Below are positions 38,933-54,739 of a DNA stretch of 64,000 bases, in pieces. The notes beneath the pieces were generated by a model. That model was not told the DNA's origin. It saw nothing but the letters and a program-made list of their open reading frames with translations, and searched no databases. The position numbers and the translations under genes were made by a program. The stretch is taken from the NCBI GenBank assembly GCA_964016885.1, contig OZ024749.1:17856001-17920000 (forward strand). The letters run 5' to 3'. This DNA is from Eledone cirrhosa. Taxonomy: Eukaryota. Position 1 is the stretch's first letter. Each line of letters opens with the position of its first letter.

Positions 38933-40874
38933 GTACTCGCACCAAATATAAATATAAACGAGGGACAAAACACAGAATTTGTCATCTCTTATTAATGGTC
39001 AGTCCACTTCTACGAAATGTAATGTATAAATAAAAATTTCTTCTTGTCTCCCCACCCTTCGGTTCATTTATCCATATAACTATAATCTCCCAGAATCCAA
39101 ATCCTACTTCATAATTGCTATTCTATAATTCTGTCTTACTGTTCTAAATAATCTTCTCCACGCTTGTTCTAAATAATCTTCTCGCTACCATTTTGGCCGA
39201 AAATGTTTCCAGCATTCATAAAAATGGCTTCTCTCGGCCCTCTAAATCGCTATCACCCCCACTCTCTCTATCATATACGTCCCTCTCTCAATCTCTCTCT
39301 CTCACTCCCTACTCGAACCAAATATAAATAAGCCTATTACGAGGGACAAAACTCAGAATTTGTCAACTCTTATTAATGGTCAGTCCACTACTTCATCCAT
39401 ATATCAATAATCGACCACAATCCAAATCCTACTTCATAATTGCTATTCTATAATTCTGTCTCACTGTTCTAAATTATCTTCTCCACGTCCCTACTCGCAC
39501 CAAATATAAATATAAACGAGGGACAAAACTTAGAATTTGTCAACTCTTATTAATGGTCAGTCCATTTCTTCATCCATATATCTATAATCGCCCACAATCC
39601 AAATCCTACTTCATAAGTGCTATTCTATAATTCTGTCTTACTGTTCTAAATAACCTTCTCCACGCTTGTTCTAAATAATCTTCTCGCTACCATTTTGGCC
39701 ACAATTTTTTCAGCATTCATAAAAATGGCTTCTGTCGGCCCTCTAACTCGTTATCAACCCCACTCTCTCTATCATATACGTCCCTCTCTTAATCTCTCTC
39801 TCTCTCACTCCCTACTCACACCAAATATAAATAAGCCTATTACGAGGGACAAAACTCAGAATTTGTCAACTCTTATTAATGGTCAGTCCACTTCTTCATC
39901 CATATATCTATCATCGCCCACAATCCAAATCCGACTTCATAATTGCTATTCTATAATTCTGTCTCATTGTTCTAAATAATCTTCTCCTCGCCGGTTCTAA
40001 ATAATCTTCTCGCTACCATTTTGGCCGAAAATTTTTCCAGAATTCATAAAAATGGCTTCTCTCGGCTTTCTAAATCGCTATCAACCCCACTCTCTCTATC
40101 ATATACGTCCATCTCTCAATCTCTCTCTCTCTCTCACTCCCTACTCGCACCAAATATAAATATAAACAAGGGACAAAACTCAGAATTTGTCATCTCTTAT
40201 TAATGCTCAGTCCACTTCTACGAAATTTAATGTATTAATAACATTTTCTTCTTGTCTCCTCACCCTTCGGTTCATTCATCCATATATCTATAATCTCCCC
40301 GAATCCAAATCCTACTTCATAATTGCTATTCCATAATTCTTTCTCACTGTTCTAAATAATCTTCTCCAAGCTTGTTCTAAATAATCTTCTCGCTACCATT
40401 TTGGCCGAAAATTTTTCCAGCATTCATGAAAATGGCTTCTCTCGGCCCTCTAACTCGCTATCAACCCCACTCTCTCTATCATATACGCCCCTCTCTCAAT
40501 TTCTCTCTCTTTCACTCCCTACTCGCACCAAATATAAATATAAACGAGGGACAAAACACAGAATTTGTCATCTCTTATTAATGCTCAGTCCACTTCTACG
40601 AAATGTAATGTATAATTAACAATTTCTTCTTGTCTCCCCACCCTTCGGTTCATTTATCCATATAACTATAATCTCCCAGAATCCAAATCCTACTTCATAA
40701 TTGCTATTCTATAATTCTGTCTCACTGTTCTAAATAATCTTCTCCACGCTTGTTCTAAATAATCTTCTCGCTACCATTTTGGCCGAAAGTTTTTCCAGCA
40801 TTCATAAAAATGGCTTTTCTCGGCCCTCTAAATCGCTATCACCCCCACTCTCTCTATCATATAAGTCCCTCTCT

Positions 40875-40952
<78 letters not shown>

Positions 40953-43900
40953 GTACTCGCACCAAATATAAATATAAACGAGGGACAAAACTCAGAATTT
41001 GTCAACTCTTATTAATGGTCAGTCCACTTCTTCATCCATATATCTATAATCACCCACAATCCAAATCCTACTTCATAATTGCTATTCTATAATTCTGTCT
41101 CATTGTTCTAAATAATCTTCTCCTCGCCGGTTCTAAATAATCTTCTCGCTACCATTTTGGCCGAAAATGTTTCCAGCATTCATAAAAATGGCTTCTCTCG
41201 GCCCTCTAAATCGCTATCAACCCCACTCTCTCTATCATATACGTCCATCTCTCAATCTCTCTCTCTCTCTCACTCCCTACTCGCACCAAATATAAATATA
41301 AACGAGGGACAAAACTCAGAATTTGTCAACTCTTATTAATGGTCAGTCCACTTCTTCATCCATGTATCTATAATCGCCCACAATCCAAATCCTACTTCAT
41401 AATTGCTATTCTATAATTCTGTCTCACTGTTCTAAATAATCTTCTCCGCGCTCTTTCCAAATAATCTTCTCGCTACGATTTTGGCCGAAAATGTTTCCAG
41501 CATTCATAAAAATGGCTTCTTTCGGCCCTCTAAATCGCTATCACCCCCACACTCTCTATCTTATACGTCCTTCTCTCAATCTCTCTCTCTCTCTCGCACC
41601 AAATATAAATAAGCCTGTTACGAAGGACAAAACTCAAAATTCGTCATCTCTTATTAATGGTCAGTCCAATTCTACGAAATGTAATGTATAAATAACAGTT
41701 TCTTCTTGTCTCCCCACCCTTCGGTTCATTTATCCATATAACTATAATCTCCCAGAATCCAAATCCTACTTCATAATTGCGATTCTATAATTCTGTCTTA
41801 CTGTTCTAAATAATCTTCTCCACGCTTGTTCTAAATAATCTTCTCGCTACCATTTTGGCCACAATTTTTTCAGCATTCATAAAAATGGCTTCTCTCGGCC
41901 CTCTAAATCGCTATCAACCCCACTCTCTCTATCATATACGTCCATCTCTCAATCTCTCTCTCTCTCTCACTCCCTACTCGCACCAAATATAAATATAAAC
42001 AAGGGACAAAACTCAGAATTTGTCATCTCTTATTAATGCTCAGTCCACTTCTACGAAATTTAATGTATTAATAACATTTTCTTCTTGTCTCCTCACCCTT
42101 CGGTTCATTCATCCATATAACTATAATCTCCCCGAATCCAAATCCTACTTCATAATTGCTATTCCATAATTCTTTCTCACTGTTCTAAATAATCTTCTCG
42201 CTACCATTTTGGCCGAAAATTTTTCCAGCATTCATGAAAATGGCTTCTCTCGGCCCTCTAACTCGCTATCAACCCCACTCTCTCTATCATATACGCCCCT
42301 CTCTCAATTTCTCCCTCTCTCTTTCACTCCCTACTCGCACCAAATATAAATATAAACGAGGGACAAAACTTAGAATTTGTCAACTCTTATTAATGGTCAG
42401 TCCATTTCTTCATCCATATATCTATAATCTCCCCGAATCCAAATCCTACTTCATAATTGCTATTCCATAATTCTTTCTCACTGTTCTAAATAATCTTCTC
42501 CACGCTTGTTCTAAATAATCTTCTCGCTACCATTTTGGCCGAAAATTTTCCAGCATTCATACAAATGGTTTCTCTCGGCCCTCTAAATCGCTATCAACCC
42601 CACTCTCTCTATCATATACGCCCCTCTCTCAATTTTTCTCTCTCTCTCTCTCACTCCCTACTCGCACCAAATATAAATATAAACGAGGGACAAAACACAG
42701 AATTTGTCATCTCTTATTAATGCTCAGTCCACTTCTACGAAATGTAATGTATAAATAACAATTTCTTCTTGTCTCCTCACCCATCGGTTCATTCATCCAT
42801 ATATCTATAATCTCCCCGAATCCAAATCCTACTTCATAATTGCTATTCTATAATTCTGTCTCACTGTTCTAAATAATCTTCTCCGCGCTCTTTCCAAATA
42901 ATCTTCTCGCTACCATTTTGGCCGAAAGTTTTTCCAGCATTCATAAAAATGGCTTCTCTCGGCCCTCTAAATCGCTATCACCCCCACTCTCTCTATCATA
43001 TACGTCCCTCTCTCAATCTCTCTCTCTCACTCCCTACTCGAACCAAATATAAATAAGCCTATTACGAGGGACAAAACTCAGAATTTGTCAACTCTTGTTA
43101 ATGGTCAGTCCACTACTTCATCCATATATCAATAATCGACCACAATCCAAATCCTACTTCATAATTGCTATTCTATAATTCTGTCTCACTCTTCTAAATA
43201 ATCTTCTCCACGTCCCTACTCGCACCAAATATAAATATAAACGAGGGACAAAACTTAGAATTTGTCAACTCTTATTAATGGTCAGTCCATTTCTTCATCC
43301 ATATATCTATAATCGCCCACAATCCAAATCCTACTTCATAATTGCTATTCTATAATTCTGTCTTACTGTTCTAAATAACCTTCTCCACGCTTGTTCTAAA
43401 TAATCTTCTCGCTACCATTTTGGCCACAATTTTTTCAGCATTCATAAAAATGGCTTCTCTCGGCCCTCTAAATCGCGATCACCCCCACTCTCTCTATCAT
43501 ATACGTCCCTCTCTTAATCTCTCTCTCTCTCACTCCCTACTCACACCAAATATAAATAAGCCTATTACGAGGGACAAAACTCAGAATTTGTCAACTCTTA
43601 TTAATGGTCAGTCCACTTCTTCATCCATATATCTATCATCGCCCACAATCCAAATCCTACTTCATAATTGCTATTCTATAATTCTGTCTTACTGTTCTAA
43701 ATAACCTTCTCCACGCTTGTTCTAAATAATCTTCTCGCTACCATTTTGGCCACAATTTTTTCAGCATTCATAAAAATGGCTTCTCTCGGCCCTCTAAATC
43801 GCTATCAACCCCACTCTCTCTATCATATACGTCCATCTCTCAATCTCTCTCTCTCTCTCACTCCCTACTCGCACCAAATATAAATATAAACAAGGGACAA

Positions 43901-44962
43901 AACTCAGAATTTGTCATCTCTTATTAATGCTCAGTCCACTTCTACGAAATTTAATGTATTAATAACATTTTCTTCTTGTCTCCTCACCCATCGGTTCATT
44001 CATCCATATAACTATAATCTCCCCGAATCCAAATCCTACTTCATAATTGCTATTCCATAATTCTTTCTCACTGTTCTAAATAATCTTCTCCAAGCTTGTT
44101 CTAAATAATCTTCTCGCTACCATTTTGGCCGAAAATTTTTCCAGCATTCATGAAAATGGCTTCTCTCGGCCCTCTAACTCGCTATCAACCCCACTCTCTC
44201 TATCATATACGCCCCTCTCTCAATTTCTCCCTCTCTCTTTCACTCCCTACTCGCACCAAATATAAATATAAACGAGGGACAAAACTTAGAATTTGTCAAC
44301 TCTTATTAATGGTCAGTCCATTTCTTCATCCATATATCTATAATCTCCCCGAATCCAAATCCTACTTCATAATTGCTATTCCATAATTCTTTCTCACTGT
44401 TCTAAATAATCTTCTCCACGCTTGTTCTAAATAATCTTCTCGCTACCACTTTGGCCGAAAATTTTCCAGCATTCATACAAATGGTTTCTCTCGGCCCTCT
44501 AAATCGCTATCAACCCCACTCTCTCTATCATATACGCCCCTCTCTCAATTTTTCTCTCTCTCTCTCACTCCCTACTCGCACCAAATATAAATATAAACGA
44601 GGGACAAAACACAGAATTTGTCATCTCTTATTAATGCTCAGTCCACTTCTACGAAATGTAATGTATAAATAACAATTTCTTCTTGTCTCCCCACCCTTCG
44701 GTTCATTTATCCATATAACTATAATCTCCCAGAATCCAAATCCTACTTCATAATTGCTATTCTATAATTCTGTCTCACTGTTCTAAATAATCTTCTCCAC
44801 GCTTGTTCTAAATAATCTTCTCGCTACCATTTTGGCCGAAAATGTTTCCAGCATTTATAAAAATGGCTTTTCTCGGCCCTCTAAATCGCTATCACCCCCA
44901 CTCTCTCTATCATATAGGTCCCTCTCTCAATCTCTCTCTCTCTCTATCTCTCTCTCTCTCTC

Positions 44963-45043
<81 letters not shown>

Positions 45044-45343
45044 GTACTCGCACCAAATATAAATATAAACGAGGGACAAAACTCAGAATTTGTCAACTCT
45101 TATTAATGGTCAGTCCACTTCTTCATCCATATATCTATAATCGCCCACAATCCAAATCCTACTTCATAATTGCTATTCTATAATTCTGTCTCACTGTTCT
45201 AAATAATCTTCTCCGCGCTCTTTCCAAATAATCTTCTCGCTACGATTTTGGCCGAAAATGTTTCCAGCATTCATAAAAATGGCTTTTCTCGGCCCTCTAA
45301 ATCGCTATCACCCCCACTCTCTCTATCATATAGGTCCCTCTCT

Positions 45344-45415
<72 letters not shown>

Positions 45416-48400
45416 TCGCACCAAATATAAATATAAACGAGGGACAAAACTCAGAATTTGTCAACTCTTATTAATGGTCAGTCCACTTCTTCATCCATAT
45501 ATCTATAATCGCCCACAATCCAAATCCTACTTCATAATTGCTATTCTATAATTCTGTCTCACTGTTCTAAATAATCTTCTCCACGCTTGTTCTAAATAAT
45601 CTTCTCGCTACCATTTTGGCCGAAAAATGGCTTCTCTCGGCCCTCTAAATCGCTATCACCCCCACTCTCTCTATCATATACGTCCCTCTCTCAATCTCTC
45701 TCTCTATCTCTCACTCCCTACTCACACCAAATATAAATAAGCCTATTACGAGGGACAAAACTCAGAATTTGTCAACTCTCGTTAATGGTCAGTCCACTAC
45801 TTCATCCATATATCAATAATCGACCACAATCCAAATCCTACTTCATAATTGCTATTCTATAATTCTGTCTCACTGTTCTAAATAATCTTCTCCACGTCCC
45901 TACTCGCACCAAATATAAATATAAACGAGGGACAAAACTTAGAATTTGTCAACTCTTATTAATGGTCAGTCCATTTCTTCATCCATATATCTATAATCGC
46001 CCACAATCCAAATCCTACTTCATAATTGGTATTCTATAATTCTGTCTCATTGTTCTAAATAATATTCTCCTCGCCGGTTCTAAATAATCTTCTCGCTACC
46101 ATTTTGGCCGAAAATGTTTCCAGCATTCATAAAAATGGCTTCTTTCGGCCCTCTAATTCGCTATCACCCCCACTCTCTCTATCTTATACGTCCATCTCTC
46201 AATCTCTCTCTCTCTCTCACTCCCTACTCGCACCAAATATAAATATAAACAAGGGACAAAACTCAGAATTTGTCATCTCTTATTAATGCTCAGTCCACTT
46301 CTACGAAATTTAATGTATTAATAACATTTTCTTCTTGTCTCCTCACCCTTCGGTTCATTCATCCATATATCTATGATCTCCCCGAATCCAAATGCTACTT
46401 CATAATTGCTATTCCATAATTCTTTCTCACTGTTCTATATAATCTTCTCCAAGCTTGTTCTAAACAATCTTCTCGCTACCATTTTGGCCGAAAATTTTTC
46501 CAGCATTCATGAAAATGGCTTCTCTCGGCCCTCTAACTCGTTATCAACCCCACTCTCTCTATCATATACGTCCCTCTCTTAATCTCTCTCTCTCTTTCAC
46601 TCCCTACTCACACCAAATATAAATAAGCCTATTACGAGGGACAAAACTCAGAATTTGTCAACTCTTATTAATGGTCAGTCCACTTCTTCATCCATATATC
46701 TATCATCGCCCACAATCCAAATCCTACTTCATAATTGCTATTCTATAATTCTGTCTCATTGTTCTAAATAATCTTCTCCTCGCCGGTTCTAAATAATCTT
46801 CTCGCTACCATTTTGGCCGAAAATGTTTCCAGCATTCATAAAAATGGCTTCTCTCGGCCCTCTAAATCGCTATCACCCCTACTCTCTTTATCATATACGT
46901 CCCTCTTTGAATCTCTCTCTCTCTTTCTCTCTCTCACTCGCTACTCGCACCAAATATAAATAAGCCTGTTACGAGGGACAAAACTCAGAATTTGTCAACT
47001 CATACTAATGGTCAGTCCACTTCTTCATCCATATATCTATAATCGCCCACAATCCAAATCTTACTTCGTAATTGCTATTCTATAATTCTGTCTCACTGTT
47101 CTAAATAATCTTCTCCACGCTTGTTCTAAATAATCTTCTCGCTACCATTTTGGCCGAAAATGTTTCCAGCATTCATAAAAATAGCTTCTCTCGGCTCTCT
47201 AAATCGCTATCACCCCCACTCTCTCTATCATATACGTCCATCTCTCAATCTCTCTCTCTCTCTCACTCCCTACACGCACCAAATATAAATATAAACAAGG
47301 GACAAAACTCAGAATTTGTCATCTCTTATTAATGCTCAGTCCACTTCTACGAAATTTAATGTATTAATAACATTTTCTTCTTGTCTCCTCACCCTTCGGT
47401 TCATTTATCCATATATCTATAATCTCCCCGAATCCAAATCCTACTTCATAATTGCGATTCTATAATTCTGTCTTACTGTTCTAAATAACCTTCCCCACGC
47501 TTGTTCTAAATAATCTTCTCGCTACCATTTTGGCCGAAAATTTTTCCAGCATTCATGAAAATGGCTTCTCTCGGCCCTCTAACTCGTTATCAACCCCACT
47601 CTCTCTATCATATACGTCCCTCTCTTAATCTCTCTCTCTCTCTCACTCCCTACTCACACCAAATATAAATAAGCCTATTACGAGGGACAAAACTCAGAAT
47701 TTGTCAACTCTTACTAATGGTCAGTCCACTTCTTCATCCATATATCTACAATCGCCCACAATCCAAATCCTACTTCATAATTGCTATTCTATAATTCTGT
47801 CTCACTATTCTAAATAATCTTCTCCGCGCTCTTTCCAAATAATCTTCTCGCTACGATTTTGGCCGAAAATGTTTCCAGCATTCATAAAAATGGCTTCTTT
47901 CGGCCCTCTAAATCGCTATCACCCCCCACTCTCTCTATCTTATACGTCCTTCTCTCAATCTCTCTCTCTCTCGCACCAAATATAAATAAGCCTGTTACGA
48001 GGGACAAAACTCAAAATTCGTCATCTCTTATTAATGGTCAGTCCAATTCTACGAAATGTAATGTATAAATAACATTTTCTTCTTGTCTCCCCACCCTTCG
48101 GTTCATTCATCCATATAACTATAATCTCCCAGAATCCAAATCCTACTTCATAATTGCTATTCTATAATTCTGTCTTACTGTTCTAAATAACCTTCTCCAC
48201 GCTTGTTCTAAATAATCTTCTTCGCTACCATTTTGGCCACAATTTTTTCAGCATTCATAAAAATGGCTTCTCTCGGCCCTCTAAATCGCGATCACACCCA
48301 CTCTCTCTATCATATACGTCCCTCTCTTAATCTCTCTCTCTCTCTCACTCCCTACTCACACCAAATATAAATAAGCCTATTACGAGGGACAAAACTCAGA

Positions 48401-49458
48401 ATTTGTCAACTCTTATTAATGGTCAGTCCACTTCTTCATCCATATATCTATCATCGCCCACAATCCAAATCCTACTTCATAATTGCTATTCTATAATTCT
48501 GTCTCATTGTTCTAAATAATCTTCTCCTCGCCGGTTCTAAATAATCTTCTCGCTACCATTTTGGCCGAAAATTTTTCCAGCATTCATAAAAATGGCTTCT
48601 CTCGGCCCTCTAAATCGCTATCAACCCCACTCTCTCTATCATATACGTCCATCTCTCAATCTCTCTCTCTCTCTCACTCCCCTACTCGCACCAAATATAA
48701 ATATAAACAAGGGACAAAACTCAGAATTTGTCATCTCTTATTAATGCTCAGTCCACTTCTACGAAATTTAATGTATTAATAACATTTTCTTCTTGTCTCC
48801 TCACCCTTCGGTTCATTCATCCATATATCTATAATCTCCCCGAATCCAAATCCTACTTCATAATTGCTATTCCATAATTCTTTCTCACTGTTCTAAATAA
48901 TCTTCTCCAAGCTTGTTCTAAATAATCTTCTCGCTACCATTTTGGCCGAAAATTTTTCCAGCGTTCATGAAAATGGCTTCTCTCGGCCCTCTAACTCGCT
49001 ATCAACCCCACTCTCTCTATTATATACGCCCCTCTCTCAATTTCTCTCTCTCTCTCTCACTCCCTACTCGCACCAAATATAAATATAAACGAGGGACAAA
49101 ACACAGAATTTGTCATCTCTTATTAATGCTCAGTCCACTTCTACGAAATGTAATGTATAAATAACAATTTCTTCTTGTCTCCCCACCCTTCGGTTCATTT
49201 ATCCATATAACTATAATCTCCCAGATCCAAATCCTACTTCATAATTGCAATTCTATAATTCTGTCTCACTGTTTCTAAATAATCTTCTCCACGCTTGTTC
49301 TAAATAATCTTCTCGCTACCATTTTGGCCGAAAATGTTTCCAGCATTTATAAAAATGGCTTTTCTCGGCCCTCTAAATCGCTATCACCCCCACTCTCTCT
49401 ATCATATAGGTCCCTCTCTCAATCTCTCTCTCTCTCTATCTCTCTCTCTCTCTCTCTC

Positions 49459-49535
<77 letters not shown>

Positions 49536-49835
49536 GTACTCGCAACAAATATAAATATAAACGAGGGACAAAACTCAGAATTTGTCAACTCTTATTAATG
49601 GTCAGTCCACTTCTTCATCCATATATCTATAATCGCCCACAATCCAAATCCTACTTCATAATTGCTATTCTATAATTCTGTCTCACTGTTCTAAATAATC
49701 TTCTCCGCGCTCTTTCCAAATAATCTTCTCGCTACGATTTTGGCCGAAAATGTTTCCAGCATTCATAAAAATGGCTTTTCTCGGCCCTCTAAATCGCTAT
49801 CACCCCCACTCTCTCTATCATATAGGTCCCTCTCT

Positions 49836-49913
<78 letters not shown>

Positions 49914-52900
49914 GTACTCGCACCAAATATAAATATAAACGAGGGACAAAACTCAGAATTTGTCAACTCTTATTAATGGTCAGTCCACTTCTTCATCCAT
50001 ATATCTATAATCGCCCACAATCCAAATCCTACTTCATAATGCTATTCTATAATTCTGTCTCACTGTTCTAAATAATCTTCTCCACGCTTGTTCTAAATAA
50101 TCTTCTCGCTACCATTTTGGCCGAAAAATGGCTTCTCTCGGCCCTCTAAATCGCTATCACCCCCACTCTCTCTATCATATACGTCCCTCTCTCAATCTCT
50201 CTCTCTATCTCTCACTCCCTACTCACACCAAATATAAATAAGCCTATTACGAGGGACAAAACTCAGAATTTGTCAACTCTCGTTAATGGTCAGTCCACTA
50301 CTTCATCCCATATATCAATAATCGACCACAATCCAAATCCTACTTCATAATTGCTATTCTATAATTCTGTCTCACTGTTCTAAATAATCTTCTCCACGTC
50401 CCTACTCGCACCAAATATAAATATAAACGAGGGACAAAACTTAGAATTTGTCAACTCTTATTAATGTCAGTCCATTTCTTCATCCATATATCTATAATCG
50501 CCCACAATCCAAATCCTACTTCATAATTGCTATTCTATAATTCTCTCGCTACCATTTTGGCCGAAAATGTTTCCAGCATTCATAAAAATGGCTTTCTTTC
50601 GGCCCTCTAATTCGCTATCACCCCCACTCTCTCTATCTTATACGTCCATCTCTCAATCTCTCTCTCTCTCTCACTCCCTACTCGCACCAAATATAAATAT
50701 AAACAAGGGACAAAACTCAGAATTTGTCATCTCTTTTAATGCTCAGTCCACTTCTACGAAATTTAATGTATTAATAACATTTTCTTCTTGTCTCCTCACC
50801 CTTCGGTTCATTCATCCATATATCTATAATCTCCCCGAATCCAAATGCTACTTCATAATTGCTATTCCATAATTCTTTCTCACTGTTCTATATAATCTTC
50901 TCCAAGCTTGTTCTAAACAATCTTCTCGCTACCATTTTGGCCGAAAATTTTTCCAGCATTCATAGAAAATGGCTTCTCTCGGCCCTCTAACTCGTTATCA
51001 ACCCCACTCTCTCTATCATATACGTCCCTCTCTTAATCTCTCTCTCTCTTTCAACTCCCCTACTCACACCAAATATAAATAAGCCTATTACGAGGGACAA
51101 AACTCAGAATTTGTCAACTCTTATTAATGGTCAGTCCACTTCTTCATCCATATATCTATCATCGCCCACAATCCAAATCCTACTTCATAATTGCTATTCT
51201 ATAATTCTGTCTCATTGTTCTAAATAATCTTCTCCTCGCCGGTTCTAAATAATCTTCTCGCTACCATTTTGGCCGAAAATGTTTCCAGCATTCATAAAAA
51301 TGGCTTCTCTCGGCCCTCTAAATCGCTATCACCCCCTACTCTCTTTATCATATACGTCCCTCTTTGAATCTCTCTCTCTCTTTCTCTCTCTCACTCGCTA
51401 CTCGCACCAAATATAAATAAGCCTGTTACGTAGGGACAAAACTCAGAATTTGTCAACTCATACTAATGGTCAGTCCACTTCTTCATCCATATATCTATAA
51501 TCGCCCACAATCCAAATCTTACTTCGTAATTGCTATTCTATAATTCTGTCTCACTGTTCTAAATAATCTTCTCCACGCTTGTTCTAAATAATCTTCTCGC
51601 TACCATTTTGGGCCGAAAATGTTTTCCAGCATTCATAAAAATAGCTTCTCTCGGCTCTCTAAATCGCTATCACCCCCACTCTCTCTATCATATACGTCCA
51701 TCTCTCAATCTCTCTCTCTCTCACTCCTTACACGCACCAAATATAAATATAAACAAGGGACAAAACTCAGAATTTGTCATCTCTTATTAATGCTCAGTCC
51801 ACTTCTACGAAATTTAATGTATTAATAACATTTTTCTTCTTGTCTCCTCACCCTTCGGTTCATTTATCCATATATCTATAATCTCCCCGAATCCAAATCC
51901 TAACTTCATAATTGCGATTCTATAATTCTGTCTTACTGTTCTAAATAACCTTCCCCACGCTTGTTCTAAATAATCTTCTCGCTACCATTTTGGCCGAAAA
52001 TTTTTCCAGCATTCATGAAAATGGCTTCTCTCGGCCCTCTAACTCGTTATCAACCCCCGACTCTCTCTATCATATACGTCCCTCTCTTAATCTCTCTCTC
52101 TCACTCCCTACTCACACCAAATATAAATAAGCCTATTACGAGGGACAAAACTCAGAATTTGTCAACTCTTATTAATGGTCAGTCCACTTCTTCATCCATA
52201 TATCTATCATCGCCCACAATCCAAATCCTACTCATAATTGCTATTCTATAATTCTGTCTCATTGTTCTAAATAATCTTCTCCTCGCCGGTCTAAATAATC
52301 TTCTCGCTACCATTTTGGCCGAAAATGTTTCCAGCATTCATAAAAATGGCTTCTCTCGGCCCTCTAAATCGCTATCACCCCTACTCTCTTTATCATATAC
52401 GTCCCTCTTTGAATCTCTGTCTCTCTTTCTCTCTCTCACTCGCTACTCGCACCAAATATAAATAAGCCTGTTACGAGGAACAAAACTCAGAATTTGTCAA
52501 CTCTTACTAATGGTCAGTCCACTTCTTCATCCATATATCTACAATCGCCCACAATCCAAATCCTACTTCATAATTGCTATTCTATAATTCTGTCTCACTA
52601 TTCTAAATAATCTTCTCCGCGCTCTTTCCAAATAATCTTCTCGCTACGATTTTGGCCGAAAATGTTTCCAGCATTCATAAAAATGGCTTCTTTCGGCCTC
52701 TAAATCGCTATCACCCCCACTCTCTCTATCTTATACGTCCTTCTCTCAATCTCTCTCTCTCTCGCACCAAATATAAATAAGCCTGTTACGAGGGACAAAA
52801 CTCAAAATTCGTCATCTCTTATTAATGGTCAGTCCAATTCTACGAAATGTAATGTATAAATAACATTTTCTTCTTGTCTCCCCACCCTTCGGTTCATTCA

Positions 52901-54286
52901 TCCATATAACTATAATCTCCCAGAATCCAAATCCTACTTCATAATTGCTATTCTATAATTCTGTCTTACTGTTCTAAATAACCTTCTCCACGCTTGTTCT
53001 AAATAATCTTCTTCGCTACCATTTTGGCCACAATTTTTTCAGCATTCATAAAAAATGGCTTCTCTCGGCCCTCTAAATCGCGATCACACCCACTCTCTCT
53101 ATCATATACGTCCCTCTCTTAATCTCTCTCTCTCTCTCACTCCCTACTCACACCAAATATAAATAAGCCTATTACGAGGGACAAAACTCAGAATTTGTCA
53201 ACTCTTATTAATGGTCAGTCCACTTCTTCATCCATATATCTATCATCGCCCACAATCCAAATCCTACTTCATATATCTATCATCGCCCACAATCCAAATC
53301 CTACTTCATAATTGCTATTCTATAATTCTGTCTCATTGTTCTAAATAATCTTCTCCTCGCCGGTTCTAAATAATCTTCTCGCTACCATTTTGGCCGAAAA
53401 TTTTTCCAGCATTCATAAAAATGGCTTCTCTCGGCCCTCTAAATCGCTATCAACCCCACTCTCTCTATCATATACGTCCATCTCTCAATCTCTCTCTCTC
53501 TCTCACTCCCTACTCGCACCAAATATAAATATAAACAAGGGACAAAACTCAGAATTTGTCATCTCTTATTAATGCTCAGTCCACTTCTACGAAATTTAAT
53601 GTATTAATAACATTTTCTTCTTGTCTCCTCACCCTTCGGTTCATTCATCCATATATCTATAATCTCCCCGAATCCAAATCCTACTTCATAATTGCTATTC
53701 CATAATTCTTTCTCACTGTTCTAAATAATCTTCTCCAAGCTTGTTCTAAATAATCTTCTCGCTACCATTTTGGCCGAAAATTTTTCCAGCGTTCATGAAA
53801 ATGGCTTCTCTCGGCCCTCTAACTCGCTATCAACCCCACTCTCTCTATTATATACGCCCCTCTCTCAATTTCTCTCTCTCTCTCTCACTCCCTACTCGCA
53901 CCAAATATAAATATAAACGAGGGACAAAACACAGAATTTGTCATCTCTTATTAATGCTCAGTCCACTTCTACGAAATGTAATGTATAAATAACAATTTCT
54001 TCTTGTCTCCCCACCCTTCGGTTCATTTATCCATATAACTATAATCTCCCAGAATCCAAATCCTACTTCATAATTGCAATTCTATAATTCTGTCTCACTG
54101 TTCTAAATAATCTTCTCCACGCTTGTTCTAAATAATCTTCTCGCTACCATTTTGGCCGAAAATGTTTCCAGCATTTATAAAAATGGCTTTTCTCGGCCCT
54201 CTAAATCGCTATCACCCCCACTCTCTCTATCATATAGGTCCCTCTCTCAATCTCTCTCTCTCTCTCTCTCTCCTCTCTCTCTCCCC

Positions 54287-54357
<71 letters not shown>

Positions 54358-54657
54358 GTACTCGCAACAAATATAAATATAAACGAGGGACAAAACTCAG
54401 AATTTGTCAACTCTTATTAATGGTCAGTCCACTTCTTCATCCATATATCTATAATCGCCCACAATCCAAATCCTACTTCATAATTGCTATTCTATAATTC
54501 TGTCTCACTGTTCTAAATAATCTTCTCCGCGCTCTTTCCAAATAATCTTCTCGCTACGATTTTGGCCGAAAATGTTTCCAGCATTCATAAAAATGGCTTT
54601 TCTCGGCCCTCTAAATCGCTATCACCCCCACTCTCTCTATCATATAGGTCCCTCTCT

Positions 54658-54739
<82 letters not shown>

